Positions 47,215-55,657 of a stretch of 64,000 bases of DNA are shown piece by piece. The notes below the pieces were generated by a model. It saw nothing but the letters and a program-made list of their open reading frames with translations. It made no database searches and had not been told where the DNA came from. This DNA comes from Escherichia phage rV5_ev147. Position numbers and translations under genes: made by a program. Each line of letters starts with the position of its first letter. Position 1 is the stretch's first letter. The DNA lies in sequence record LR597647; one strand, 5' to 3'.

Positions 47215-47530
47215 TTGGAAGGTAGAAATCTGTTACCTCATAGAATCCACAATCGTCGCACTCACCTTCTTCAAACTTGGCCTCAACCTTAATACCGAGG
47301 AAGGTGAAAAGTTTATGGATATCTTCAGTTTCGAACTCCCAGTGAATGTTGTTTTCCGCATCGGTGTAGAACTGGATCAGCAGACCATTGTCCAGTTTAC
47401 CAAAATACTCTGTGAAGTAACTTCCTTCCCAGAAATCTTTATGACAAATAATATCCATGCGTTTGCCCATAATAATGGTGTGAGCGTTTTGGGCATCGTC
47501 ACGAATCAGTTTTGGCATTTCATAGATCAT
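47105..47530 (-). CDS. hypothetical acidic protein
   Basis: ORF; 3' end overlaps macro ORF. Confidence 0.4.
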   Translation of the reverse strand: MIYEMPKLIRDDAQNAHTIIMGKRMDIICHKDFWEGSYFTEYFGKLDNGLLIQFYTDAENNIHWEFETEDIHKLFTFLGIKVEAKFEEGECDDCGFYEVTDFYLPSGKNLYYESHFGNSNMPQGWDEFLEIAEEELEYRDY

Positions 47531-47598
47531 CTTAGTTCTCCGGGTTCAACAGGTGGTGGTGCTACAGGAAGATCATAAAACATGGCTATCACAGTCTC

Positions 47599-47796
47599 TT
47601 ACACAGGAATTGCTTCAAATAGACCGTTATCTATACCGTCCTTCAGATAGAGATTATATTCTATGTCGGTATCTGTATAAAGGGCAGCATCCAGCATTCT
47701 ATCTGTGAGTCCATCCATCGGGTGGAGAAACCACCACCCACGCCAGTCAAAGTAACAGCCTGGTGCATCTTCTCTTACACGGATTCGATAAATCAT
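47599..47796 (-). CDS. hypothetical protein
   Basis: ORF. Confidence 0.4.
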   Translation of the reverse strand: MIYRIRVREDAPGCYFDWRGWWFLHPMDGLTDRMLDAALYTDTDIEYNLYLKDGIDNGLFEAIPV

Positions 47797-47892
47797 GGGC
47801 AGTGGCCTCCTGTTAGTTATACATCCCAGTTTTCTTCGTTCATCACGTCCTCCCGTTCTATGAAGTTATAATTGCACACCTTTCAACTTGTG

Positions 47893-48309
47893 TCAACAGA
47901 AAACTTCAACAAATTCTTCCACAGTTTTAATGTCGTGGGAAAAAGGTTTACGGCTATAACGGGCAATAGCACTATCAACCACCGCCCGGTACTCCAAATC
48001 TTCAGAATATTTCATGAAGCATTGCAGCGTCTCTGGGCAGATAGCTAAATAGCTCCACCACCCCTCTTCAGATTGGTAGTCGAATCCCATACTCTCCAAC
48101 CATGAAGCATATACGCCTGCACCTTCAAGCCAGTGAGTATTTTCATCCAGAAACTTGTTAATAGACATGTGAGCTTCTAAGCATTTATCCAGCTCTTTTC
48201 CGTTAACCAGCCATGCACTGACTGTGGCGCATCCGAGGTCTACAGATTGAGTTGACAGGTTGTATTGGTCATAGTTCTCAGGTTTAACAATGATATCTTC
48301 TAATGTCAT
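47893..48309 (-). CDS. hypothetical acidic protein
   Basis: ORF. Confidence 0.45.
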   Translation of the reverse strand: MTLEDIIVKPENYDQYNLSTQSVDLGCATVSAWLVNGKELDKCLEAHMSINKFLDENTHWLEGAGVYASWLESMGFDYQSEEGWWSYLAICPETLQCFMKYSEDLEYRAVVDSAIARYSRKPFSHDIKTVEEFVEVFC

Positions 48310-48371
48310 TTTTCAGATCTCCTTATACAAAAATGCCCCACCCTTTCGGGCAGGGCTATGTTAACTAGATG

Positions 48372-49598
48372 TTAGAATGGGATGTCATCATCAAAGGCGT
48401 ACTGTGCTGGATTCTGATCCATCGGGTCATCTTCCTCGTCATTTACAGGAGGAGCGTCTACAGTGTTTTGCTGTGGAGCTGCTTCCTGTTTGGCAGCTTG
48501 AGGTTCTTGATGGTCAGTGGACTCAGCACCGTTCTTGATCCAATCGTACAACGGCTCAGCCAGATTAGTCAAGACATCTTTTGCTTCTGCAGTAATTGCC
48601 GCTGCAAAATCATCAACTTTCGTTTTCTTGTCAATACGGCGACAAGCGTTCAACACCGCATTACCGACACTGGCACCTACTTCATCTTCAGTTCGGTTGG
48701 TGGCTTGAGCATACTCTTTCTTAAGCTCAATGGTGACTACGTGCAGTGTTTTAGCCACGCTTAGTGGGTCATCCACTTTAAACCCGCGATCCAGGATGAT
48801 CTGCAAAGCATTGATGCTATGCCCCGTCTCTACACCAATAGGGTCGTAAGAGGATTTACGCTTGCCACCAGAGCCTTGAGTGCCGTTCTCTGCCTTAGGT
48901 GGATAGGCTTTGAAACCACTGATAATGTTTCCGGTGTCTTTGTCAACAATGGCTGCAACACGACCACCTACTACCAGGTCTTTAAGCTGCTCATCAGTGA
49001 CAACCATAGCACCTTCGCCAATCTTGTGGTCATTAACAGTAACCACGTTGCCAACAATCTGAGTCACATCACCATAGATGCGTAAAACGTCCTGATTGGC
49101 ATTCTGCTGAGGTTTCTGCTTCTGGCCTTGTGATTGTGCACCTTGTTGCTGTTTTTGCTGTTGAGTCGCTGCTGGGGCCTCTCCTGCACCCAGCTTAACC
49201 ATTTTAGCCAGTGATCCTTTATAATAGGTCTTACCGTTATGCTCGTTTGCCTTCAAAGGGATATTTACGATCCATCCCGGCGTTACGGTTTCCCACTTGT
49301 CATCAATTTTAACAGAGACAGAGTCTTGATGACCAGGTTTAAGCAGCTTATCACCCATACTGATCCAAACTTCTTCACCACCTTGAAGCAGGTTATCAGA
49401 GGAATCCAGTTCAGAAATCAGTAAAGAGATGGTGTGGCTGGATTCAATTTTCTTACCTTGCCACACAGTGGTTTTAATACCTGTTGTAGGATCAGCACCT
49501 TTGATAGGTTTGATGCTGACACGTTTAATCATGCCGTGAGCCAGTAAAACAGTTTCACGCGGATTCATCGGGTTAGCAAATTGTTGAATAACGCTCAT
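48372..49598 (-). CDS. ssDNA-binding protein-like, with E. coli SSB-type C-terminal tail
   Basis: C-terminus ...YAFDDDIPF (E. coli SSB ends ...MDFDDDIPF); Q/G-rich low-complexity linker; next to replication genes. Confidence 0.55.
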   Translation of the reverse strand: MSVIQQFANPMNPRETVLLAHGMIKRVSIKPIKGADPTTGIKTTVWQGKKIESSHTISLLISELDSSDNLLQGGEEVWISMGDKLLKPGHQDSVSVKIDDKWETVTPGWIVNIPLKANEHNGKTYYKGSLAKMVKLGAGEAPAATQQQKQQQGAQSQGQKQKPQQNANQDVLRIYGDVTQIVGNVVTVNDHKIGEGAMVVTDEQLKDLVVGGRVAAIVDKDTGNIISGFKAYPPKAENGTQGSGGKRKSSYDPIGVETGHSINALQIILDRGFKVDDPLSVAKTLHVVTIELKKEYAQATNRTEDEVGASVGNAVLNACRRIDKKTKVDDFAAAITAEAKDVLTNLAEPLYDWIKNGAESTDHQEPQAAKQEAAPQQNTVDAPPVNDEEDDPMDQNPAQYAFDDDIPF

Positions 49599-49963
49599 TA
49601 TTTGTCTCCTTGTTCTTCGTTAGTGTTTGCCGTGTGTGCAAACCCTGCTTGAATTAATTTGTCCTGAACTTGAGCCAGCAGGCCCATTGCAAAACTTGTG
49701 GTCCCAGAGAGGGCCATCAGCATATCTCGTTGTTGAGCTACCCAACCTAAGGCATAGTCCAAACGACGATATTTTTCTTCTTCACGCAAAGCTTGGAATA
49801 ATTGTTCAGCCTCTGGCTGTTGTGTGAGCTCCTGAAGTCTTCCCATGAAAGAAGAAAGCACTAGCAGAAGAGACACTTGATCTTTACTTAACCCTAAGAA
49901 AAATTCTTGAGGTTGTTCTTGCTCGTTCATCGCAACCGACGCTTGATCGTTCATTTGTTCCAT
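49598..49963 (-). CDS. hypothetical protein
   Basis: ATGA overlap with SSB-like gene. Confidence 0.45.
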   Translation of the reverse strand: MEQMNDQASVAMNEQEQPQEFFLGLSKDQVSLLLVLSSFMGRLQELTQQPEAEQLFQALREEEKYRRLDYALGWVAQQRDMLMALSGTTSFAMGLLAQVQDKLIQAGFAHTANTNEEQGDK

Positions 49964-50046
49964 TATGGAATCTCCGATTTTATTTGAACAACATAGAAGG
50001 AGACACTATTTTAGCATCCCCTTCTGTAAATTACAATAGGTATTTG

Positions 50047-50292
50047 TTAGCCAATCACTTCGAAAGTTCCCCAATTCCCGTCCAGCAGGCAGGTGATCGG
50101 ATCTCCATCGTCGTCAAAGATTTCAAAGTTTTCAGCATCCAGGATGTGGCCCTCGAACACAATACTCTCGTCGCCACCACCAGAAATAACAGCGTATTCC
50201 TTACCTTGAGTCAAGTTTTGACACCCTTTGCCACCAAAACCTACTTCCACACAACGTACTTTCTGTCCTGCGCGAGCAACTACTTCAGCCAT
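50047..50292 (-). CDS. hypothetical acidic protein
   Basis: RBS aggagac. Confidence 0.4.
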   Translation of the reverse strand: MAEVVARAGQKVRCVEVGFGGKGCQNLTQGKEYAVISGGGDESIVFEGHILDAENFEIFDDDGDPITCLLDGNWGTFEVIG

Positions 50293-50309
50293 CTTAAGGT
50301 CTCCTGATA

Positions 50310-50630
50310 TTAATCGTCAAGTTCAAAATAGATTTTAACAGCTTCATCAAAGATTGGAATCCCGATGTTGTTGATAAGCTGCCAAACTACCATATCTTTA
50401 CCTGGATCTGGGAGAATGTCAACCTTTCTCCATGCGCTGTATATCCAGTTCGGACCACCTTCTGCACTAACTGGCAGATTTTCACCAGCTTCCTGTAGAT
50501 ACTTATACAGCAAAAGATATTCTGGATACTCTAGAACACTGTCCTCTGTAGTATATAGCAGTTCACGGTATACTTTTAAAAACCCTGCGGGGGTGATGTT
50601 TTCAGTCTTCATTTGCTGCTTCTCCTGCAT
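50310..50630 (-). CDS. hypothetical protein
   Basis: ORF. Confidence 0.45.
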   Translation of the reverse strand: MQEKQQMKTENITPAGFLKVYRELLYTTEDSVLEYPEYLLLYKYLQEAGENLPVSAEGGPNWIYSAWRKVDILPDPGKDMVVWQLINNIGIPIFDEAVKIYFELDD

Positions 50631-50994
50631 TCATCAGATCTGCCATAGCGTCACCAACGAAGAGGACAACCACATCGTTGACAGCGTCAGCATCATCTTT
50701 GTTGACGTTGCTGAATTTAGGACACACAGCAATGATCATATAGACACCGTTGCCCACCTGAACTGTCCGTGTGGTGCACATCATGGCGGTATTTGTGCCT
50801 TCTTTGAAGGCGAAGCCTTGAAGACGCTCCTCTAGAGTGTTACCGGTAGATTTCAGAAGCGCCAGCTCGTCCAAGGCATAGATGATATCTCCGGAAGTTA
50901 GTGTTGCCTTTCCATCAGACACCATAATCACTCCATCAGCACCGTCAAGCTTAGAGGCTTCAAAGATATCAATATCCCAAATATTTTTCATCAC
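50602..50994 (-). CDS. hypothetical protein
   Basis: ORF. Confidence 0.45.
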   Translation of the reverse strand: MMKNIWDIDIFEASKLDGADGVIMVSDGKATLTSGDIIYALDELALLKSTGNTLEERLQGFAFKEGTNTAMMCTTRTVQVGNGVYMIIAVCPKFSNVNKDDADAVNDVVVLFVGDAMADLMNAGEAANED

Positions 50995-51263
50995 GCTTCC
51001 TCGTCGTCTAAGTAATCATCAAGAGAGGTGAAGATTTCACCGAAGTATTCTAAGATTTCTAGCTCACGTGTGGTGCAGCAAACATAATCTCCTTGGTCGT
51101 CCTTAATAGTGGCCTCTTTACCCAGAATATCTACTTCAAGTTCATCGTTCAACAGGACGGCCCCTGTGTAAACTTTGTCAGCTGTGCAGTCCCGAAAAGC
51201 AGAGTCCTTCTCCAGATAGTCTGGCTTAACCTTGGCTTTAATTCGTTGATATTGTTTGGTCAT
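50991..51263 (-). CDS. small protein, paralog family 3
   Basis: DSAFRDCT and KDDQGDYVCCT shared with 51327-51581; RBS aagggg. Confidence 0.45.
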   Translation of the reverse strand: MTKQYQRIKAKVKPDYLEKDSAFRDCTADKVYTGAVLLNDELEVDILGKEATIKDDQGDYVCCTTRELEILEYFGEIFTSLDDYLDDEEA

Positions 51264-51326
51264 TGCTGTGGTCCCCTTTCGTTTTGATAGGGCCATTATA
51301 GTAGGCCCTATCACTGTTGTCAAGTA

Positions 51327-51581
51327 TTAATGTTCAGGTTTTACAAAAACTACTTCATTAACAGTGCACCAGACAGAGTCTCCTTCATCATCTTTAAAGG
51401 TAAGGCACTGTGCTGAGTTTTCCAGCTCATCGATCTCTTCTTGTGATAAAGGGGCCCCTTCTTCCAGGAGGGCTTTTACCAGAGGGTTCTCACAAAACTC
51501 TGCTTCATAAATTGCACCGACTGTGCAATCTTTAAAAGCTCGGTCATTTGCAACGCATTCTGACTTCAAAGTAATTTTCAT
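51327..51581 (-). CDS. small protein, paralog family 3
   Basis: DRAFKDCT and KDDEGDSVWCT. Confidence 0.45.
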   Translation of the reverse strand: MKITLKSECVANDRAFKDCTVGAIYEAEFCENPLVKALLEEGAPLSQEEIDELENSAQCLTFKDDEGDSVWCTVNEVVFVKPEH

Positions 51582-51657
51582 CTTAGCAGTCTCCTTAGTT
51601 ATTTAAAAATCAACGCTCTGTTTGTGTAAAGCATCTTATATCTAATCTTACTTCTTG

Positions 51658-52056
51658 TCAATGACTATTTTCAATCAGCCACACAGGGTCGAGGTAAATT
51701 TGTTGGCGTGTTGCCCAATGACAAACTTCATTGTACATCTGAACCTCTTTGTCCGTCAGTTCACGAATAGGCTCATCTATACCCCCATTTTTGTGGTAAT
51801 CCCAGTCGGCATCGATTTCCCACAGCCATGACTTGTTGTCACCACGCTTACGCACACAGAAGTCACCAGGACGGCCTGCCAGTGCATTTAAGAACTCGTT
51901 CTCCGCTCGCTCCTGAAGAATACTAAGGAGCAAAACGTTGGAGCATGACCGTAAAATATGCTTCAGCTCACAATCATCAATCTCAACTTCAATACGTTGT
52001 TTGACTGTGTGGGTACCTTTTACTAACATACTACCTCCTCTAAACGAACTCTGCAA
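51658..52056 (-). CDS. hypothetical protein
   Basis: ORF. Confidence 0.45.
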   Translation of the reverse strand: MQSSFRGGSMLVKGTHTVKQRIEVEIDDCELKHILRSCSNVLLLSILQERAENEFLNALAGRPGDFCVRKRGDNKSWLWEIDADWDYHKNGGIDEPIRELTDKEVQMYNEVCHWATRQQIYLDPVWLIENSH

Positions 52057-52234
52057 GAGTTGTGTTGTTCACTGCACCGCAGTAAATGGAGTATCCCAGC
52101 CCATTAGAGTGCAGAAACCACGGCGTGCCGAAATTATCTTTCACGTAGACATCACCGTTGTTTGTAAAGGGCCAATATTCTTCCCCAAGGGTAAAATACC
52201 TATTCATACCTTCAGCAAGATACTTTACTTTCAT
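52040..52234 (-). CDS. small protein, paralog family 4
   Basis: VKDNFGTPWFLHSNG aligns with 52231-52458 and 52455-52862. Confidence 0.45.
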   Translation of the reverse strand: MKVKYLAEGMNRYFTLGEEYWPFTNNGDVYVKDNFGTPWFLHSNGLGYSIYCGAVNNTTLAEFV

Positions 52235-52458
52235 AGGTCCTCTTCAACAACTACAAACTTGGCAAGCAAAGTGGTTCCGTAGATATGATACTCGCCGTTT
52301 GCCAGATGGGAGATAAACCAGGCAACCCCTTCCTCGTCTTTAATCATTTTATTTGCACGAGCTTTATCGTAATAAACCTCGTAGGTCTTTCCTTCTTTAA
52401 AGAATGACAGGTCTGTCATCTTTTCTTCTACAAAAGTAGCTTTAACCAAAGTTGTCAT
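52231..52458 (-). CDS. small protein, paralog family 4
   Basis: IKDEEGVAWFISHLANG. Confidence 0.45.
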   Translation of the reverse strand: MTTLVKATFVEEKMTDLSFFKEGKTYEVYYDKARANKMIKDEEGVAWFISHLANGEYHIYGTTLLAKFVVVEEDL

Positions 52459-52862
52459 TGATCGGTCTCCTTCTTGTTAAGTCTGAATACTGCAATAATA
52501 GCATTCCCAAGGTGCAGTGTCAAATCATTTCCAAGATACCACAGCATCCCACGGTCATCTTTAATGAAAGGGTAGCAATTTGGTGCCTTCTCTTTAATGA
52601 AAGGGTGACAATCTGGTGCCTTCCAGACATTGTACACTTTCCCAACCTGAAAGAAATCAGGCCCTGTCGGGATTTTGGTGCCTGGCCACACTTGAGATAC
52701 CTGAACACACTCCACCTGCATAATAACAGGGATAGTCATGGATGTAAATGTTTTTGTTGGCTCTACTACCATAAAAGTCTCCTCTTTGCTCAACAACACT
52801 TCCATGTGTTGATAGTTTACATTAGTGACAATCACCCCAATTACGACCACACAAGTATTCAC
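52455..52862 (-). CDS. small protein, paralog family 4 (with internal 11-aa duplication)
   Basis: IKDDRGMLWYLGNDL; KAPDCHPFIKE/KAPNCYPFIKD tandem. Confidence 0.45.
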   Translation of the reverse strand: MNTCVVVIGVIVTNVNYQHMEVLLSKEETFMVVEPTKTFTSMTIPVIMQVECVQVSQVWPGTKIPTGPDFFQVGKVYNVWKAPDCHPFIKEKAPNCYPFIKDDRGMLWYLGNDLTLHLGNAIIAVFRLNKKETDQ

Positions 52863-55599
52863 CTGTGATCTGGAACGGGACTCCCATCATTTTAGAAGCT
52901 TGCCAGAAGCAATGCACCACCATTTCACCCACAGGGCTCCAGATAAGTTCAAGCTTCCCGTCATCGTTCAGGATAGGATCGTACACCGTGTTTCCGTCTC
53001 TGTCAACCACTTCGTTTCCGTTCTCATCCTTGCGTGCCTTTTTGTACTTATGACCGTCAAACACATGAAGTTTGGCTTCCTGCTCTGCCTTAAATGCTTC
53101 CAATTCTTCAATTGTGTCGAAGGTGTACACAGTCTTATACTTAGGCGTGTCAGGGACTTGAAGTTGGTACTCATCATGGTAATAAATAATACGACGAACA
53201 CCTTCATCGTACCACCCACGCTTCACCATTTGGTGGTGCATGAGTATCCCAACTAAGTCACACAACGATGCACCGCCATTTTGTTGGTATGCATTGAGTA
53301 AAGAGTGTTTAGATCGAGTCCAGATAGCATGACCATCAAAAGAGTAGATAAACTTCTTACCCGTTGCTTCCCAGAATTTCTCCAGATCTTCTTTACGCCC
53401 CTTAAGACCCGGGTTGGCATCCCAGAGTGCATCGATTACCCTTTGTCCCAACTCTGGAGAGATATCCAGCATATCTGCAACTTTATCTTTTTGTGCCCCG
53501 TACATAACCCCATACGTGATAGGTTTACCGTCGTTACGAGATACCTCTCTGCCTGCTACTTTTGTATATGCCTCGGCGTTGTTTTGGTGTGCGTCTCCGT
53601 TACTTACAACATCATAATACAAGCCGTTGTCGAACTCAAAGGCACCCCAAGCCCCGATAAGCTGCTCTAAGTTGGACCCGTCAATACCGATCTCAAAGTA
53701 TCCCGGAGGAACACCCCACAGACTACGCATCTCTTTACCCATAACCACTTTAGGAGATGGTTTAGGCATGTTCGCACAAATACTGTGTTTCTGTCGGGAA
53801 GTGTTTGTTAACCCAGAACTTTTAGCAGGAAGCTTATGGTCAATCTTCAAACGTGGGTGATTAAGAAGACCAGTATCAACCTTATCCTCCTTGATTGGAT
53901 CAAGTACCGATCTGCGGTTTCGCAATGATAACCACAAGACGATATCTTTAGCCATCTCTCCGTTCAATTTTTCAAGATTAGGGCATAGGTGTCCAAACGT
54001 ATCTTTCAGTTGCGGAGAAGTAATAAGTGCCCTAGCTTTTCTACGTATTTTCCCGAATACTTCCTTTTTAATCCTTTCGGAGTTAGGAAAGCTTCGGAAC
54101 TTGTGCACGGTTGTCTGGAACTTAGCATCAGTTTTGTTCCAGAAGTTGATAATCAGGTCACAATACTCTGACTCTAAAAGCTCGTCCATATATGCATATA
54201 CTCGTGCATCAACATCTGCATCAGGTAGAGCTTTCTTCTTGCTGTCTTTAGTTACATCCTTAGTTCTCCACATTGTCGGAAGCCAACCAGCACTGATCAG
54301 GTATCGCTTAATGTCGTCCTGGTTGCTGATTTTCATAGGTATCTTGCAGTCCGGCATTCGCTTCTGCTGTAGATCACTTATTGCCTGATCCATTAGCTCT
54401 TTAGGTAAAGGTTGTGGTGTGGAGGTGCCCTTAATATAGCCTCTCAAGAAATCAGCCATCTTATCGGGGTCTTTGCAGCCCATCTCTTCACACCATTTTA
54501 TCCCCATCTTACTGACATCTCCTGTAGAGGTAAATGCTCGCTTAGGCGGGGCTTTGAACTCTAAAGCGCTCATATCTACAGGATAGCCAAGCTTATCTTT
54601 TAACCATTTCCAACCATTATTGGAGATTGTCCCATCTTGGTTAAACGGCTTTTCAGGGAACTTGGGCCGCTGAGACATTGACAGCTCTTTTAAAGGTAGT
54701 TGCGGTTCAACACGATCAGCGATTTCTTTCATCCACGCATCGCAACGGTCACGTAAAGCAATAGCCCCATCTATGTCAAAATACACACCCTGACGGGCCT
54801 GCAGCTCCATCAGGAAGTGCTGCAGCATGCCTCGGCGTAATGCGTTCTTCCAGGTGATCTTCTTGAACCCTTTCGGCTTCTCTTTGGCAGGATCGTACAT
54901 AAAGTTCTGCATGTCAGATTTGCCGTAGAATACACCTTTTGATTCCGCTACCAGCTCTTTCCAGAGCAGCTCCTGGATGATAACGTCCTCGAATACACGA
55001 TCCACATACTTCCACAACGGAAGATCGCGCCAGTCATCAATTTGAACTTTCTGGTTACCAAGGGCGTAGCCCCATGCCATAAGGCCGTGAGGACCGACAG
55101 GCTGCATTTTCTTAGTAACCGGGTTGAATACAGAGTCCGGACAACCTTTTGGTAAAGGGCGATCAGGCCATAAGATTCGGCTCATCGCCAACGTATCAAA
55201 CAGGTTGACCTGGTGGTCGTTGATAGTCCCCATGCATTTAGGATCACGGAACATATCAAAATGAATACCGGATAATCTTTCCATCAGCATAAAGTCATAA
55301 CTGTAGCAGTTATGGCAGTTCAAAGCTGTTGGTGACCAGTCGGAATTGCCTGTAAGCCAACCTTCTAACTCCGAAAAATCTGCTATGCGAACTTCAAAAT
55401 CTTTATAAAGAGTTTTCTTTGCCAGAATAAAGTTCTTAGCCTTCTCTATATCCTCCTCGGAGTAGTGTGTGCGGTCATTTAGAGGAAGGAACAGCATAAA
55501 ACGGTTCTTATTCAGCTCTTTAAACAGGCCGCAGTGATAATAAAGATCTGGGTCTTCCAGCAAACCGGATGACTCAAAATCGAAAGACCACATGCTCAT
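52822..55599 (-). CDS. DNA polymerase, family A, with N-terminal 3'-5' exonuclease
   Basis: Exo I FDFESSG; motif B-like KPITYGVMYGAQ; motif C YYHDEYQLQV. Confidence 0.85.
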   Translation of the reverse strand: MSMWSFDFESSGLLEDPDLYYHCGLFKELNKNRFMLFLPLNDRTHYSEEDIEKAKNFILAKKTLYKDFEVRIADFSELEGWLTGNSDWSPTALNCHNCYSYDFMLMERLSGIHFDMFRDPKCMGTINDHQVNLFDTLAMSRILWPDRPLPKGCPDSVFNPVTKKMQPVGPHGLMAWGYALGNQKVQIDDWRDLPLWKYVDRVFEDVIIQELLWKELVAESKGVFYGKSDMQNFMYDPAKEKPKGFKKITWKNALRRGMLQHFLMELQARQGVYFDIDGAIALRDRCDAWMKEIADRVEPQLPLKELSMSQRPKFPEKPFNQDGTISNNGWKWLKDKLGYPVDMSALEFKAPPKRAFTSTGDVSKMGIKWCEEMGCKDPDKMADFLRGYIKGTSTPQPLPKELMDQAISDLQQKRMPDCKIPMKISNQDDIKRYLISAGWLPTMWRTKDVTKDSKKKALPDADVDARVYAYMDELLESEYCDLIINFWNKTDAKFQTTVHKFRSFPNSERIKKEVFGKIRRKARALITSPQLKDTFGHLCPNLEKLNGEMAKDIVLWLSLRNRRSVLDPIKEDKVDTGLLNHPRLKIDHKLPAKSSGLTNTSRQKHSICANMPKPSPKVVMGKEMRSLWGVPPGYFEIGIDGSNLEQLIGAWGAFEFDNGLYYDVVSNGDAHQNNAEAYTKVAGREVSRNDGKPITYGVMYGAQKDKVADMLDISPELGQRVIDALWDANPGLKGRKEDLEKFWEATGKKFIYSFDGHAIWTRSKHSLLNAYQQNGGASLCDLVGILMHHQMVKRGWYDEGVRRIIYYHDEYQLQVPDTPKYKTVYTFDTIEELEAFKAEQEAKLHVFDGHKYKKARKDENGNEVVDRDGNTVYDPILNDDGKLELIWSPVGEMVVHCFWQASKMMGVPFQITGEYLCGRNWGDCH

Positions 55600-55657
55600 A
55601 TACAGTTCTCCTTAAAGGGGAGGCGGTTGTACTACCCCTCCCACTCTTTGTTAAACA

